Positions 37,796 through 48,085 of a DNA stretch of 64,000 nucleotides are shown piece after piece (the first letter of the stretch is position 1; every line of letters starts with the position of its first letter). Position numbers and translations under genes: made by a program. The notes under the pieces were generated by a model. That model was not told the origin of the DNA. It did not search any database and saw only the letters and a program-made list of their open reading frames with translations. The DNA lies in assembly GCA_965215265.1 (NCBI GenBank), contig OZ244048.1, forward strand, positions 2,656,001 through 2,720,000, written 5' to 3'. Source of the stretch: Candidatus Poribacteria bacterium. GTDB taxonomy: Bacteria > Poribacteria > WGA-4E > WGA-3G.

Positions 37796-39025
37796 ATGGC
37801 AGGTGCAAAAACCCTTTATTTTCCAGAAGTCGGCCCAGAGTGGCAGGACTGGGTACAAGTTGTTAACGTAGGAACAGAAGAGACACGCGTGACAGCTGTA
37901 GCCCGGCACGCCCGCAACGGACAGCCAACGTGGTCCGAGGCGAAAACAATAAGCCCCTTTGAATGCTGGACACCTAGCGTTGAGAGTATCAAAGAGAATT
38001 CCTCAATGCAGTTTAGCGCAGATCAGCCGATTGTGGCTGAACGACACATGCACTCTGAAACGAAGATTCTCGATTTTGTCGGTGCAGCGGAAGAATACGA
38101 AACAGTTGGACAGAGACTCTTCTTCCCTGAGCTGGTCTCCGGGGCGCATGACTGGTTCCGATTCTTAAACGTCGGCGCAGCCGACGCGCATGTGAATCTT
38201 ACTATCCGAAACCGAAACGGAGATGTATTGAGACAGCGGCACCAGGTTATCCAACCGCATTGCTGTTGGGATGCAAATGAAGGTGTGATGGGGAACGTAC
38301 AAGGCACCGTGGAAGTGCAAAGCTCACAGCCGATTGCCGGTGAACGACATTTGCACTATCAGGGTGGAAAGACGTGCGTCGGACAATTCGGACAACTAAT
38401 TTCGGACGCTCCGCGCACACTCTTTTTTCCTGAAGTCGGCCCAGCCTGGGATGACTGGGTAGTTATTGTCAATGTGGGAAACGAACCTGCACGTGTGGAA
38501 ATGATCGCACGTAAAGATGACAACGCCCAATCTTTCTGGAAAAAGTCACATCATCCACTGGAACCTTTCAAGTGGTGGACACCGGATGTGGACGATATCC
38601 AGACAAAATGCTCTGTAGAGGTCAGCAGCGATCAGCCAATTGTCGCCGAACGGCACATGCACAGCGGCACGACTATCATAGATCTGCCTGGTGCATCAAG
38701 AGAAGGCGGGCATATAGGACTTAGACTCTTTTTTCCAGAAGTCGCCGCCGGCGCACGAGACTGGTTCCGCTTTCTCAACGTCGGAGAAGCAGATGCGTTC
38801 GTTAACATCATCATACGTAACCGGAATGGCGATATTCAGAGACAATTGCATCGACAGATAAAACCGCTCTGCTGCACGGACATCGATGAAAAAGCGATGG
38901 GGAGTGTGCGAGGCACGGTCGAGGTGCAAAGCACGCAACCTATCATCGGTGAGAGACACATGCACTATCTGACCGGACACAAAGGCGCAGTCGTCGGACA
39001 ATACGGTGTCGTTATTGGAGAATAG
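37796..39025 (+). CDS. Cytoplasmic four-repeat beta-sandwich protein (ASRT/DUF5719-like repeats)
   Basis: Four ~100-aa repeats L(Y/F)FPE..DW..NVG..QPI..ERH(M/L)H in ABAB order; AGGAGG RBS; no signal peptide. Confidence 0.75.
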   Translation: MAGAKTLYFPEVGPEWQDWVQVVNVGTEETRVTAVARHARNGQPTWSEAKTISPFECWTPSVESIKENSSMQFSADQPIVAERHMHSETKILDFVGAAEEYETVGQRLFFPELVSGAHDWFRFLNVGAADAHVNLTIRNRNGDVLRQRHQVIQPHCCWDANEGVMGNVQGTVEVQSSQPIAGERHLHYQGGKTCVGQFGQLISDAPRTLFFPEVGPAWDDWVVIVNVGNEPARVEMIARKDDNAQSFWKKSHHPLEPFKWWTPDVDDIQTKCSVEVSSDQPIVAERHMHSGTTIIDLPGASREGGHIGLRLFFPEVAAGARDWFRFLNVGEADAFVNIIIRNRNGDIQRQLHRQIKPLCCTDIDEKAMGSVRGTVEVQSTQPIIGERHMHYLTGHKGAVVGQYGVVIGE

Positions 39026-39031
39026 CAAATC

Positions 39032-39778
39032 ATGAATCTAAACGGGAAAATTGCGATTGTGACAGGCGCAGGACAAGGCATCGGGAAAGCCATCGCTACC
39101 AGACTCGCTCATGCCGGCGCTGATGTTGCCATTATTGATGTAAACCTAGCTGCCGCTGAAGAAGTAACACGCCTCATTAACGAATCCGGACACAAAGCAC
39201 TCGCGCTTCAGGCAGATGTTTCGCAGGCAGAAGATATCAATAGGGCTGTCGCACAAGTACTTTCAACTTTTAACCGCGTTGACATTCTTGTTAATAACGC
39301 CGGAATCGCCGGGCGAACGCTCCCATTAACAGACTTAGAGGAAACAGATTGGGATGCCGTGATGAACGTAAATTTAAAGGGCGTTTTTCTCTGCTGTAAA
39401 GCCGTGATTGATACGATGATCGTGCAAGACTACGGACGCATTGTGAATATCGCTTCAATTGCAGGCAAGGAGGGCAATCCTACGTTAATTCCCTACTCAG
39501 TCTCTAAAGCGGGCGTTATCTGTCTGACTAAAGCACTCGCGAAGGAAGTCACGGATTATAACATCCGCGTCAATGCAGTGTCCCCTGCCGTCATAGAGAC
39601 ACCCATTCTTGCTGGCATGGCACAGGCAACCGTCGATTATATGGTGAGTAAGATTCCGTTAGGGCGCGTTGGAAAACCAGAAGAAGTCGCCGCAGTCGTG
39701 AATTTTTTGGCTTCGGATGAGGCGAGTTTTGTGACAGGACAGTGTTACGATGTGAGCGGCGGAAGGGCGACGTACTAA
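39032..39778 (+). CDS. SDR family oxidoreductase (FabG-like)
   Basis: TGAGQGIG, NNAG, YSVSK, VNAVSP. Confidence 0.92.
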   Translation: MNLNGKIAIVTGAGQGIGKAIATRLAHAGADVAIIDVNLAAAEEVTRLINESGHKALALQADVSQAEDINRAVAQVLSTFNRVDILVNNAGIAGRTLPLTDLEETDWDAVMNVNLKGVFLCCKAVIDTMIVQDYGRIVNIASIAGKEGNPTLIPYSVSKAGVICLTKALAKEVTDYNIRVNAVSPAVIETPILAGMAQATVDYMVSKIPLGRVGKPEEVAAVVNFLASDEASFVTGQCYDVSGGRATY

Positions 39779-39784
39779 AGAAAC

Positions 39785-39812
39785 GTCAGGACAGCATCAA
39801 AACTGTCCTGAC
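39785..39812 (+). terminator. Hairpin terminator after the SDR gene
   Basis: GTCAGGACAG-8 nt-CTGTCCTGAC. Confidence 0.65.
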
Positions 39813-39827
39813 ATAAACCTATCCCAA

Positions 39828-40040
39828 ATATTCCGCTGCTTTCTGCGACTCACAAGCGTCACTGTGTTGAGAAAATACCAGCATTGTTGTTTTCGACTTA
39901 AATTATCCACACGTTGGAATATCAAGGTGGAAATCACGATAGGTAGTCTCGACTACTTTCACCGTTCGTTAGAAAACTCATGTGCGGAATCAACACGTTT
40001 TCGCACATGATGCATTGCAGCTCTAAACTGCAAATCCTTG
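39828..40040 (+). mobile_element. Possible highly degraded IS701-like transposase C-terminal remnant
   Basis: Broken-frame fragments TRWNIKV, HVFA and ALKLQIL echo RWxIE..NHxFA..KLExL of IS701 transposases. Confidence 0.25.
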
Positions 40041-40050
40041 GAGGGCTTCG

Positions 40051-40929
40051 TTAAAACCTTATCTCTCGTTCTTCAAATCCTCCCGCAAGCCATTTACGAA
40101 ATGGCTCGATCCGCGTAAAGTCTAGAAGAATTTTTCCCATTAAAACAGGTTCTGTCAGCATAAGCCAAATGAATCTATCATCTGGATGTCTCTCTCTACG
40201 CTCCTCCTGAAGAACTTTGTTTATTTTTTCTCTGTTTGCTTGCTCAATGTCTCGGCTCATTTCTTGAAAATCCGCGTCAAATGCCTCAAAAACTTCTTCG
40301 TTGGCACGCACCCGTTTCATAACCCACTCAGAAGCAACTTTGTTCCCCTGCAGGAGAGGTCCTAAGACTTCATCCTCTACTTCCTCTTCATCTACTCCGT
40401 GATAAACCGCAATTCGGCCAGTTTGGTAGACTTGGTGCAAAAGATGCATAACAGTGAGATCTTCCTCCTTCATTTTTTTCCCAAAGTGTTTTTCTAACAC
40501 AGCCGTGTACATATCGGTTCTTTCAATGCTGAGGGGACTATTCTGAAAAAAGCTTCTATGGTCGTGATGAGGCACCCTAGGGAAGGATTTTCTGAGAAAA
40601 TTTAGATACGGGGCACTTGCACTCATTTCACGGAGTGTCTTGAAATCTTTATCTAAAATCGGAGGTTCAAACAGATGTTGTAACTCTTGAAAAGTCGCAG
40701 CCACCAATTCAGGCACTTCTTCAGGCACTTCTTCAGGCACTTCTTCAGGCACTTCTTCGGATCTGATGTCAACCGGCGTATCTGTTGTTTGTTCATCAGC
40801 AACTTTAGGTTCTATTACGGATTCTGTTTCGTCAGAACACCCGGAAACAAAGCCGATGGTAAAGAAAATTAAAATCACGTAGTATTGATAGGAACGCAGT
40901 AAGAGAGGGGCTCTATTGACTATATTCAT
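40051..40929 (-). CDS. Putative lipoprotein
   Basis: Lipobox FVSGC; acidic EEVP repeat linker. Confidence 0.8.
   Translation of the reverse strand: MNIVNRAPLLLRSYQYYVILIFFTIGFVSGCSDETESVIEPKVADEQTTDTPVDIRSEEVPEEVPEEVPEEVPELVAATFQELQHLFEPPILDKDFKTLREMSASAPYLNFLRKSFPRVPHHDHRSFFQNSPLSIERTDMYTAVLEKHFGKKMKEEDLTVMHLLHQVYQTGRIAVYHGVDEEEVEDEVLGPLLQGNKVASEWVMKRVRANEEVFEAFDADFQEMSRDIEQANREKINKVLQEERRERHPDDRFIWLMLTEPVLMGKILLDFTRIEPFRKWLAGGFEEREIRF
40708..40755. repeat. 12-bp tandem repeat x4 (EEVP)
   Basis: TTCAGGCACTTC x4. Confidence 0.95.
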
Positions 40930-40960
40930 TATCTGTCTTCCTTAACACCGTTCTTTGTAA

Positions 40961-41069
40961 GTAAAAGGTTATTGTAATTATACCCTATGAAAATGCGTTT
41001 GTCACGTTAATCAAAAAAAATGACGATTTTTGGGAAAAAAGTGCTTCTTTTGGGCATTTTTTTTCACTT
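40961..41069 (-). promoter_or_regulatory. Promoter cassette, copy 1 (GTGACA-17-TATAAT on the minus strand)
   Basis: -35 at 41000-41005, -10 at 40977-40982; near-identical to 42477-42584. Confidence 0.75.
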
Positions 41070-41153
41070 GACTTTTGGTAAATTGGCTGGCAGGAGTCAT
41101 CAGCCGAAGTGAGCCACGTTGGCTCGCAACGAGGATAAAAAGCATCACGAGGT

Positions 41154-41942
41154 CTAGTCATCATTATCATTATCGCGTTCATCCCTAAGTTGGTCATTAA
41201 GTTTCTGAAGATGTAAGGCGGCCGCATTCCTTGCCCGACGTTCTGCATCTGTTAGGTGTTTGCCTAACAATCTTTTGAGTTCAAGATGCACATAGGTGTG
41301 AATCTCGGGAATATCCCCGTGATGTATAAGCCATACTTCTTTCATGTGTTCCAGGTATCCTTCCGGATCCTCCTTCATCCATGTCCGTGCATCCCTCTGT
41401 GGTGGAGAAAGAGCCGATGAGATTTCTAACAGTGCTTCTAGGTTGACTTGATTCGGGAAGAGACGGTATATGGCTTCAGAATAAGCGACGGCTTGCTTGA
41501 TTGTGACATTTTTTCCTGGTTTTCGCAGAAACGCTATAACGTAGCGCACCTCGGGAATGTCTCCAAATTGCTTGAGGAGTTGGGCAAAATAATATCTGTT
41601 ATACAACTCGCGGTCCGCTGTCTGGGGCCAATCTGGAGGTGGGTTTATCGCTAACAGTTCGGCAACATCCGCATCTGTGAGCTCCCACAGCTCACCGGTG
41701 GTGCCGGCGGGCCATTTGAATTTTTCCGAGAGAGGGGACTCTTTTGGCTGCCCGGGCGCATCTTCCGAGCCAAGGCTCACGCCTGAATACCACCCGGGCC
41801 CGGGCTCATCTCCCGAGACAAGGCTCACGCTTGAATGCCCGGGCTCATCTCCTGTGTCGCCACATCCGCAAAAAGCAGCTAAGCAGAAGAGATAAACGAA
41901 TATAAAAGAAATAGAGATACCGAAAAAGTTGAGCGTTTTCAT
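41154..41942 (-). CDS. Putative lipoprotein with repeated (F/H)GDIPE helical motif
   Basis: GGAGG RBS, FCGC lipobox-like segment, QLLKQFGDIPEV and HHGDIPEI. Confidence 0.8.
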   Translation of the reverse strand: MKTLNFFGISISFIFVYLFCLAAFCGCGDTGDEPGHSSVSLVSGDEPGPGWYSGVSLGSEDAPGQPKESPLSEKFKWPAGTTGELWELTDADVAELLAINPPPDWPQTADRELYNRYYFAQLLKQFGDIPEVRYVIAFLRKPGKNVTIKQAVAYSEAIYRLFPNQVNLEALLEISSALSPPQRDARTWMKEDPEGYLEHMKEVWLIHHGDIPEIHTYVHLELKRLLGKHLTDAERRARNAAALHLQKLNDQLRDERDNDNDD

Positions 41943-41952
41943 GAAGTCCTCC

Positions 41953-42460
41953 TTATTTCGCCCCCATTGTTGCACCTAATGCTTTTAGCTTATAGAATTC
42001 TTCGAGGGCTTTTTTATTTTTATCATTCCGAAAGAGATGATAGTTTGCTTCAAGGTAGTCTTCCATTTGACGAAGCGTTTGCGGCACACCTTTTGCAACG
42101 TTTAAATTGTATTCGCCAACAGTATGAACTTCTGGAATGTCTCCAAATTGCTTGAGGAGTTGGGCGTAAAAATACTCGGCGCGCAACTCGATATTTTCTG
42201 TTTTGTACCAGTCTCGAGGTGGATAGGTATCCTCAGCAGCGTCAGGCAATTCACGTTCTGGATCCGTTGTGAGGCGCTAGCTTAAAAGTCCCAGAAAACA
42301 GTGATGTTTTATGCGACAACGGGAAAACGTTCCCCTTTTATATACCGCACGGGTTTTCTTCCATACCTATATTTGTGATAGAATAAAAAACCAATGCTGT
42401 TATACCCATTATATAGCAGTACCTCTGCGAGTTGTAGCTGCGGTGGCAATGCTAAAAGAA
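41953..42460 (-). pseudogene. Disrupted paralogous FGDIPE-family lipoprotein gene
   Basis: Intact 3' part (41953-42249) with QLLKQFGDIPEV; 5' part broken, with a signal-like fragment YIMGITALVFYSITNIG. Confidence 0.55.
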
Positions 42461-42476
42461 CACTTTCACCTTTTTT

Positions 42477-42584
42477 GTAAAAGGTTATTTTAATTATATC
42501 CTATAAAAAAGCGTTTGTCACGTTAAAATGAAAAAAAATGATGATTTTTGGGAAAAAGTGCTTTTTTTTGGCTTTTTTTCACTT
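42477..42584 (-). promoter_or_regulatory. Promoter cassette, copy 2
   Basis: -35 GTGACA at 42516-42521, -10 TATAAT at 42493-42498. Confidence 0.75.
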
Positions 42585-43249
42585 TTTTTCAAAAAAAATG
42601 TGTATGTGAGGTAGCCTTTTGGGATGTGCGTGCATTTTGCACGCGTTTTGCACGACAAATTCGCACGTTTTCAGATAATGCGACAATGCACGCGAGCGGC
42701 TCTCTTTGTAAAGTGAACGTTTAGAAAGGGAAAATATTGTTACGAATCATAACAAGGCGTTTGGGTAAAAATGAAGGGGACGAAACTCTCAAACTTAAGG
42801 GGCCGAATCTGATACCGTAGCAGACCAGGTATTAGCATGCTTATCGGAACCCCAGGAACTTGAATCCGTAAAAAGCCGTCCAACCTCTAGACTCTTGGAG
42901 TGCTTTACACTCTCAGAGAAAGCACCGCGAATGTTAGAATCACTCTTAGACGTGACATCCATTTTTGAGGCAGATTTTTCACTTTTTTTGAATTTGGGGT
43001 TCACACGTTTTGCAGATGTTGGCCTTAAAGGCATTGGGCTCGGTGCCCCGTGCTAGACTTTACCCTCAATAAGCCACCGAGCAGTGATGACGTTGCATGT
43101 TGTCGGGGGGCAATCAAGACAACCTGAAGTGGACTGGAGGGCAGGGAACCATTCTTTTAAAAGAAACTTCTTCAAACGGTTTGATCTAACCCCTGTTTTT
43201 ACTGTTACGACATAGAAAGTGCCATGTTGTGACATTAGATACATCTCAT

Positions 43250-44236
43250 TTAGTGGTGGACAGATTGCTTCAGCCTGCTCCACAATGTCGCTTGTGTATT
43301 GACTGCAGGAGAAATAGACAGACTGAAAGCCGGAGGCACCCACGCAGGAAAACGATCTCTTGCAGGATGGTCGGTTAATCGGCGTGGTTTGCCACCCCTA
43401 GCACGGATGAGATAGATATTTGAATCTCGATTCAGGTTCCCCCATGGATTTTCAATTTCCGCTTCATAGGCAATCCACTGACCATCCGGGGACCATGCAG
43501 GATTCTCACACCAGATATTCTCCGGTGTCACCCGCCGGTCGTTTTGGCCTGCTGCATTTGTGATATAAATGCCGTTCCCTGCAATACCTAAAGTATAGCC
43601 AATCTGTTTTCCATCGGGTGACCATACAGGACTTCCTCCGCCCTGGTCCCTATGTATAACGCGTCTTGCCCGTTTTCCATCGGCCCTCATCACATGAATA
43701 TCGTTTCCTTCTTTTCTGGTGGAATAGAAAGCAATCTGATGTCCATCCGGAGACCAGGCTGGGTCTCTGTTGTATCCTATGTCTGTCAGTTGCTGCAGAT
43801 TTTCGCCGTTGACATTGATTTTATAGATGTTATACTGACCTGCTTGAATAGAAGTAAAGGCAATCCACTGACTATCCGGAGACCAATCGGGATCAATATC
43901 TGCTTCTGATGCTAGGTGGTTCGTTAATGGGCGGAGTTCCTTGTTATTCCTATTCATTAGATAAATTTTGCTATTCCCGCCTCGATTGGTGACATAAGCC
44001 ATCCATTGACCATCCGGAGAGTACGCAGGGGAATGGTCAGATGCGGGATGGTCTGTTAGGTTCTGGAGATTTTTGCCGTTTGTATCCATGATGTAGATGT
44101 CAAAATTTCCATCTCGCTCGGAACTGAAGGCAATATATGGAACATCAGATGCGTATATACAAAGGTTCACCGCGAGGCAGCAATGCCCGAATAGTAGCGT
44201 CGTCCTCAACACAATATAGGCAAGTTTTCCTTTCAT
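43250..44236 (-). CDS. TolB-like PD40 beta-propeller protein with a Poribacteria-type C-terminal motif
   Basis: Repeated P(A/D)WSPDG..IA(F/Y); ends SISPAVNTQATLWSRLK; GGAGG RBS before ATG 44236. Confidence 0.9.
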   Translation of the reverse strand: MKGKLAYIVLRTTLLFGHCCLAVNLCIYASDVPYIAFSSERDGNFDIYIMDTNGKNLQNLTDHPASDHSPAYSPDGQWMAYVTNRGGNSKIYLMNRNNKELRPLTNHLASEADIDPDWSPDSQWIAFTSIQAGQYNIYKINVNGENLQQLTDIGYNRDPAWSPDGHQIAFYSTRKEGNDIHVMRADGKRARRVIHRDQGGGSPVWSPDGKQIGYTLGIAGNGIYITNAAGQNDRRVTPENIWCENPAWSPDGQWIAYEAEIENPWGNLNRDSNIYLIRARGGKPRRLTDHPARDRFPAWVPPAFSLSISPAVNTQATLWSRLKQSVHH

Positions 44237-44646
44237 TTTTATCTCCTCCAGGGATGCCATTCAGAAATAGCGGGTTTGGCTATAGATTGGTTGGGTTCCG
44301 CTGCACACTCAGAAACTCGATAAACAGAAATTGTCAAACAGGAAAGATACCTTAGTGCACAAACATAGATAACGAGTATTGTAGCATAGCAGTGCACCTA
44401 AATGATGAAGATTTCACTTCCTCTGTTCTTGGTAATTCGTATATTTCAGCCCCATCAACGTCTAGGTAATCATAACTCGTGTGAAAATCTCGTCTGAGCC
44501 GTTCGATGTGTGGAAAATAAATATGAATCATTCATTGTTATCCTCATATCGTGGTTGATAACCTAATTCAAGTTTGCACAAGTGTGGTAGGTGTCAGGTT
44601 ATTTTCAAACGGGTGGTTAACAACTGCAAGTTGACGCGATTCTGTC

Positions 44647-45204
44647 TCATCGGCCGTTAAATCGATTCATCGCAGTCAGAATGCCTTCACAGACAAAAGT
44701 TTCAATGGCTTCAGCTGCGCGATGCATAGCGCCTTGGATTTCTGGCAGCTCGGAATCTGAAAATTCGCTGAGGACGTAGTCGACTTGAGAACCGATAGGC
44801 TCCCCGATACCGATTCGCAAACGTGGAAACTCGGTTGTTTGTAGACAATGGATGATAGACTTCATGCCGTTATGTCCACCGTCGCTCCCCTTTCCCCGTA
44901 TCCGAATCACCCCGATATCCAAGTGTATGTCATCGTAGACGACACAGATGTCTGTGAGCGGGACTTTTAACCTCTTCACGATTGCAGCGACAGCTGCCCC
45001 ACTGTTATTCATGTACGTTAAGGGCTTAGCGAGAAGTAAGCGGATGTCGTGCCACTGCGCTTGTATAACAAGTGAGTTATAGCGCGAGATGACAGCATCC
45101 GATTTCACCTTTTCGCAGACTGCGTCAATAACGCGAAACCCAATGTTATGTTTGGTGTCTTCGTAGCGCGGCCCAGGATTACCCAGCCCGACTATCAATT
45201 TCAC
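44647..45204 (-). CDS. pth: Peptidyl-tRNA hydrolase
   Basis: LIVGLGNPG, HNIGF, KPLTYMNNSG, GGHNGMKSI, RLRIGIG. Confidence 0.97.
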   Translation of the reverse strand: MKLIVGLGNPGPRYEDTKHNIGFRVIDAVCEKVKSDAVISRYNSLVIQAQWHDIRLLLAKPLTYMNNSGAAVAAIVKRLKVPLTDICVVYDDIHLDIGVIRIRGKGSDGGHNGMKSIIHCLQTTEFPRLRIGIGEPIGSQVDYVLSEFSDSELPEIQGAMHRAAEAIETFVCEGILTAMNRFNGR

Positions 45205-45224
45205 AAGTTTATCTCTCCGCGTTG

Positions 45225-45809
45225 TTAAAATCGCAGCGGCTGTGAAAGATTCACATGCCCAGCAAGCGTCTCCACTGGATTGCCATCAATCAGAAACTGT
45301 ACCTGTTTAATGTCTGCCGGAAATGCATCAAAGACGGTTTTAAGAATGGCAGTCACCGTCAGAAATTCTGCATGCGTACCACCGATATGTCCCTCACTGA
45401 GATGCTGTGAAAAGTCCAAATACGCAGTGCCTTGGTTGTCAATGTATACTTCGTGGACCAAGGTCCCCCTCGGAATCGGATTTCTAAACCGTGGCGGGAC
45501 TGCTTCAATTAGGGCCGTGACTATCTGTTTGAGACGTTTAATATCCCCCGGAAAAAGGCGCAGATCCACTTTAACAGGTACAAGTTTAAAAGTATCGGAT
45601 TCTAAGAGAAATAGGTTTACGTTTTGTGAGGGTGGCGTAGCTTGAGGCCTAGCTGCTGCCGGTAGTGGAGGAGGGGGCAGCGGCATTGCAGGCTGCTTGG
45701 ATTGGGAAATCAGATAAAACGTGACAACGAGCCCAATCCCGACGATAATTAAGGTGATACCCCATATCCCTAAAAGACGGGAAAAACCAGCACTGTTTGA
45801 AGACCACAT
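45225..45809 (-). CDS. GerMN domain protein
   Basis: N-terminal TM; IPRGT, AYLDFS, VQFLIDG..ETLAGH. Start codon uncertain. Confidence 0.85.
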   Translation of the reverse strand: MWSSNSAGFSRLLGIWGITLIIVGIGLVVTFYLISQSKQPAMPLPPPPLPAAARPQATPPSQNVNLFLLESDTFKLVPVKVDLRLFPGDIKRLKQIVTALIEAVPPRFRNPIPRGTLVHEVYIDNQGTAYLDFSQHLSEGHIGGTHAEFLTVTAILKTVFDAFPADIKQVQFLIDGNPVETLAGHVNLSQPLRF

Positions 45810-45834
45810 TCGTTTCCACCATACATTCTGAAGA

Positions 45835-47073
45835 TTACTCGCGCGGAATTGAAGCCAAATATGTCTGTATCGCGCGGACAATTGCCTTGCCTACTTCTGT
45901 ACTATATTCAGGGCTTGACAGTCTGGCTAAGTCATCCACATGAGTCAGATAGCCTAGTTCCACAAGCACAGCCGGCATATAGGCTTTCGACAATGCAGTT
46001 AATGGTAATTGCTCAATCATCACAGGATTTTCTGTTAGGAACCCCAATTCCTTTTGCAATACCTTAGCGAATTCTTGACTCTGTTTGAGGAAATTAGTTT
46101 GGACAAGCGTTTGCAACCGTTTTCCTGTCAACGTCAGATTCTCTGCTGTTGGAAAACGGAGCTGTCCGTTTGGGTTATTCAGGTAAATTCGTATACCGCT
46201 CTCGTTAGGCGAAAAAGATGCGTTGCAGTGTAAACTAATGAAGAGCTTGCCTTGGTTTCGGTTGGCAATTTGAATCCGTTCCAGTTGCGTCTTTTTCACA
46301 TCCGCATCACGTGTCAGGTAAACCTCGAATCCCTTTTTTTTGCTAAGAAAGAGAAGTTCTTGCGCGAGCGCGAGCACAATGTCTTTTTCAAAGATACCCG
46401 TGTTGCTTTCACAGCCGCGGTCGTTGAGGCCACCGTGTCCCGCATCTATGATGACAATCCATTCTTGAGAAGTATTGCCTTCGGTAGGTTCCCAGACAGT
46501 TTTGGGCATGAACCGTACCCGCTTCAAATTCGGATTGTAAAGCACATCAACGTCATCCAGTTCCGGTAGGACTTCCATAAAAAAAGCAATAGGCAACATC
46601 GGTTGCCCTTGGATAACGCGTGCGGGTTCAGAAAGTGTGAGTGTCCGTTTGCCGCCATCAATACTGACAGCCGGTTTCTCTATCTGCAAACGGAGCTGTT
46701 TGCCCTTAATTTTGAGCGTGAGCCGTTTTCTAGGCGTGTTATATTGCGTCGTCATCTCCGCATCGAAAACGGCTTTCACTGTATCAACGGGGAGGTAAAT
46801 CCGTTCATCATAAAGGTGAATTGGCACATCAGCAAGTGTTTTGCCGGCAGCGTCAATGAAACGGACTGAGGGTTCCTGCCCGAGGCTCCTGAATGCTACA
46901 AACACCACGAAAATTCCTAAAAAAAAGAGCCGAGGGCATAGGCACAGCCGGAGTACACGTTCTGAGCGTGAAACTAAAATCCGGAATATACACCTAAAAG
47001 ACTTCAGCGAGTCACGCAATCGGATACTCATGCCAAACCCTCTAAATAAACCCGAATACGGGACGCGTTTCAA
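45835..47073 (-). CDS. N-acetylmuramoyl-L-alanine amidase (Amidase_3) with an N-terminal stalk-like domain
   Basis: IDAGHGG, EKDIVL, FISLHCNA, PAVLVELGYL. Confidence 0.9.
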   Translation of the reverse strand: MKRVPYSGLFRGFGMSIRLRDSLKSFRCIFRILVSRSERVLRLCLCPRLFFLGIFVVFVAFRSLGQEPSVRFIDAAGKTLADVPIHLYDERIYLPVDTVKAVFDAEMTTQYNTPRKRLTLKIKGKQLRLQIEKPAVSIDGGKRTLTLSEPARVIQGQPMLPIAFFMEVLPELDDVDVLYNPNLKRVRFMPKTVWEPTEGNTSQEWIVIIDAGHGGLNDRGCESNTGIFEKDIVLALAQELLFLSKKKGFEVYLTRDADVKKTQLERIQIANRNQGKLFISLHCNASFSPNESGIRIYLNNPNGQLRFPTAENLTLTGKRLQTLVQTNFLKQSQEFAKVLQKELGFLTENPVMIEQLPLTALSKAYMPAVLVELGYLTHVDDLARLSSPEYSTEVGKAIVRAIQTYLASIPRE

Positions 47074-47078
47074 TAGTT

Positions 47079-47759
47079 TTAGTTATCTTCCTCGTTGTCA
47101 TCCCGTCTACGAGAAATGACTTCAGGCTCAGTAGGCTCATCAGCCTCTACCTCACCCTCTTCACCTTCTTCACCCTCTTCTGTCTCTGTTAATTCAAGTT
47201 GTACGCGTGGTTCGTTTACCGCCGCGACAATCCGTTGCATTTCATCTATCACCGTAATTTCTTCATCAAACGTCAAATCGCTTACGTGGAGAATATCACC
47301 GATTTCCAACGTGCTCACATCAACAACTTTCTCGCTCGGCATCTGCATCGGCAAACAGCGAAGAGTCAATTGGCGGAGCGAAGTCTCAAGGATGCCACCG
47401 TTTTGGACTCCGGCAGGCGTACCTTGCAAAACTATAGGTACCGTTGAGGTCACAGGTTCATCCAACGCAATTCTGATAAAATCCACATGTAGCAGCATCT
47501 GCTTATCTACTGGATGCCGTTGAATCTCTTTGATAATGACAGTTTCCGAATTTCCCTTGGGAACTTCCATATTAATGATGACGTTTTCACCGTGGGTCCG
47601 GAGGAACTGTTTGAAAATCCGTGTGTTAAGCTGAATTGACACGCTGTCTTGTCCACGTCCATATAAGACTGCGGGAAAATCACCTGCTCGGCGCAGTTCA
47701 CGAGAACTCTGTTTCCCGAAACTGTGTCGTTGCTGGACTTCTAATTTTGCTTGTTGCAT
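47079..47759 (-). CDS. rplY: 50S ribosomal protein L25/Ctc
   Basis: PAVLYG, IQRHPV..LLHVDF, GVQNGG, acidic tail. Confidence 0.95.
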   Translation of the reverse strand: MQQAKLEVQQRHSFGKQSSRELRRAGDFPAVLYGRGQDSVSIQLNTRIFKQFLRTHGENVIINMEVPKGNSETVIIKEIQRHPVDKQMLLHVDFIRIALDEPVTSTVPIVLQGTPAGVQNGGILETSLRQLTLRCLPMQMPSEKVVDVSTLEIGDILHVSDLTFDEEITVIDEMQRIVAAVNEPRVQLELTETEEGEEGEEGEVEADEPTEPEVISRRRDDNEEDN

Positions 47760-48085
47760 GATGTTAGGATTCCGATACCTTCCTTACAAGGACTCGTTTA
47801 TGAACGTTAGTTCTCGGGCTCATAGAAGCATATTAGGCAAGATTTTTCGAGGGTGGAATTTGGCTGGAATTCTGTAACGCCGTCAATCACGCGTTTTTAT
47901 ACCAACAGTTTTTCGTAGAAGGAGAGATTTTCTTTCGAAAAATCCTGATTAATATACGCCGACACCCCATCCCAGTTTTTGACGTATGCCGGGGTTTCTC
48001 GAGGATACCTCCTAAAAACTGAAAAACACCTTCTCTGTTCGCAGGATGCAAACCCGGCTGCAAGTTTAAAGATTAAAAGGGAAAA

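Noticed and set aside
42795-43240. Short minus-strand ORFs downstream of the TolB-like gene
   Set aside because: No recognisable family; at most degraded fragments.
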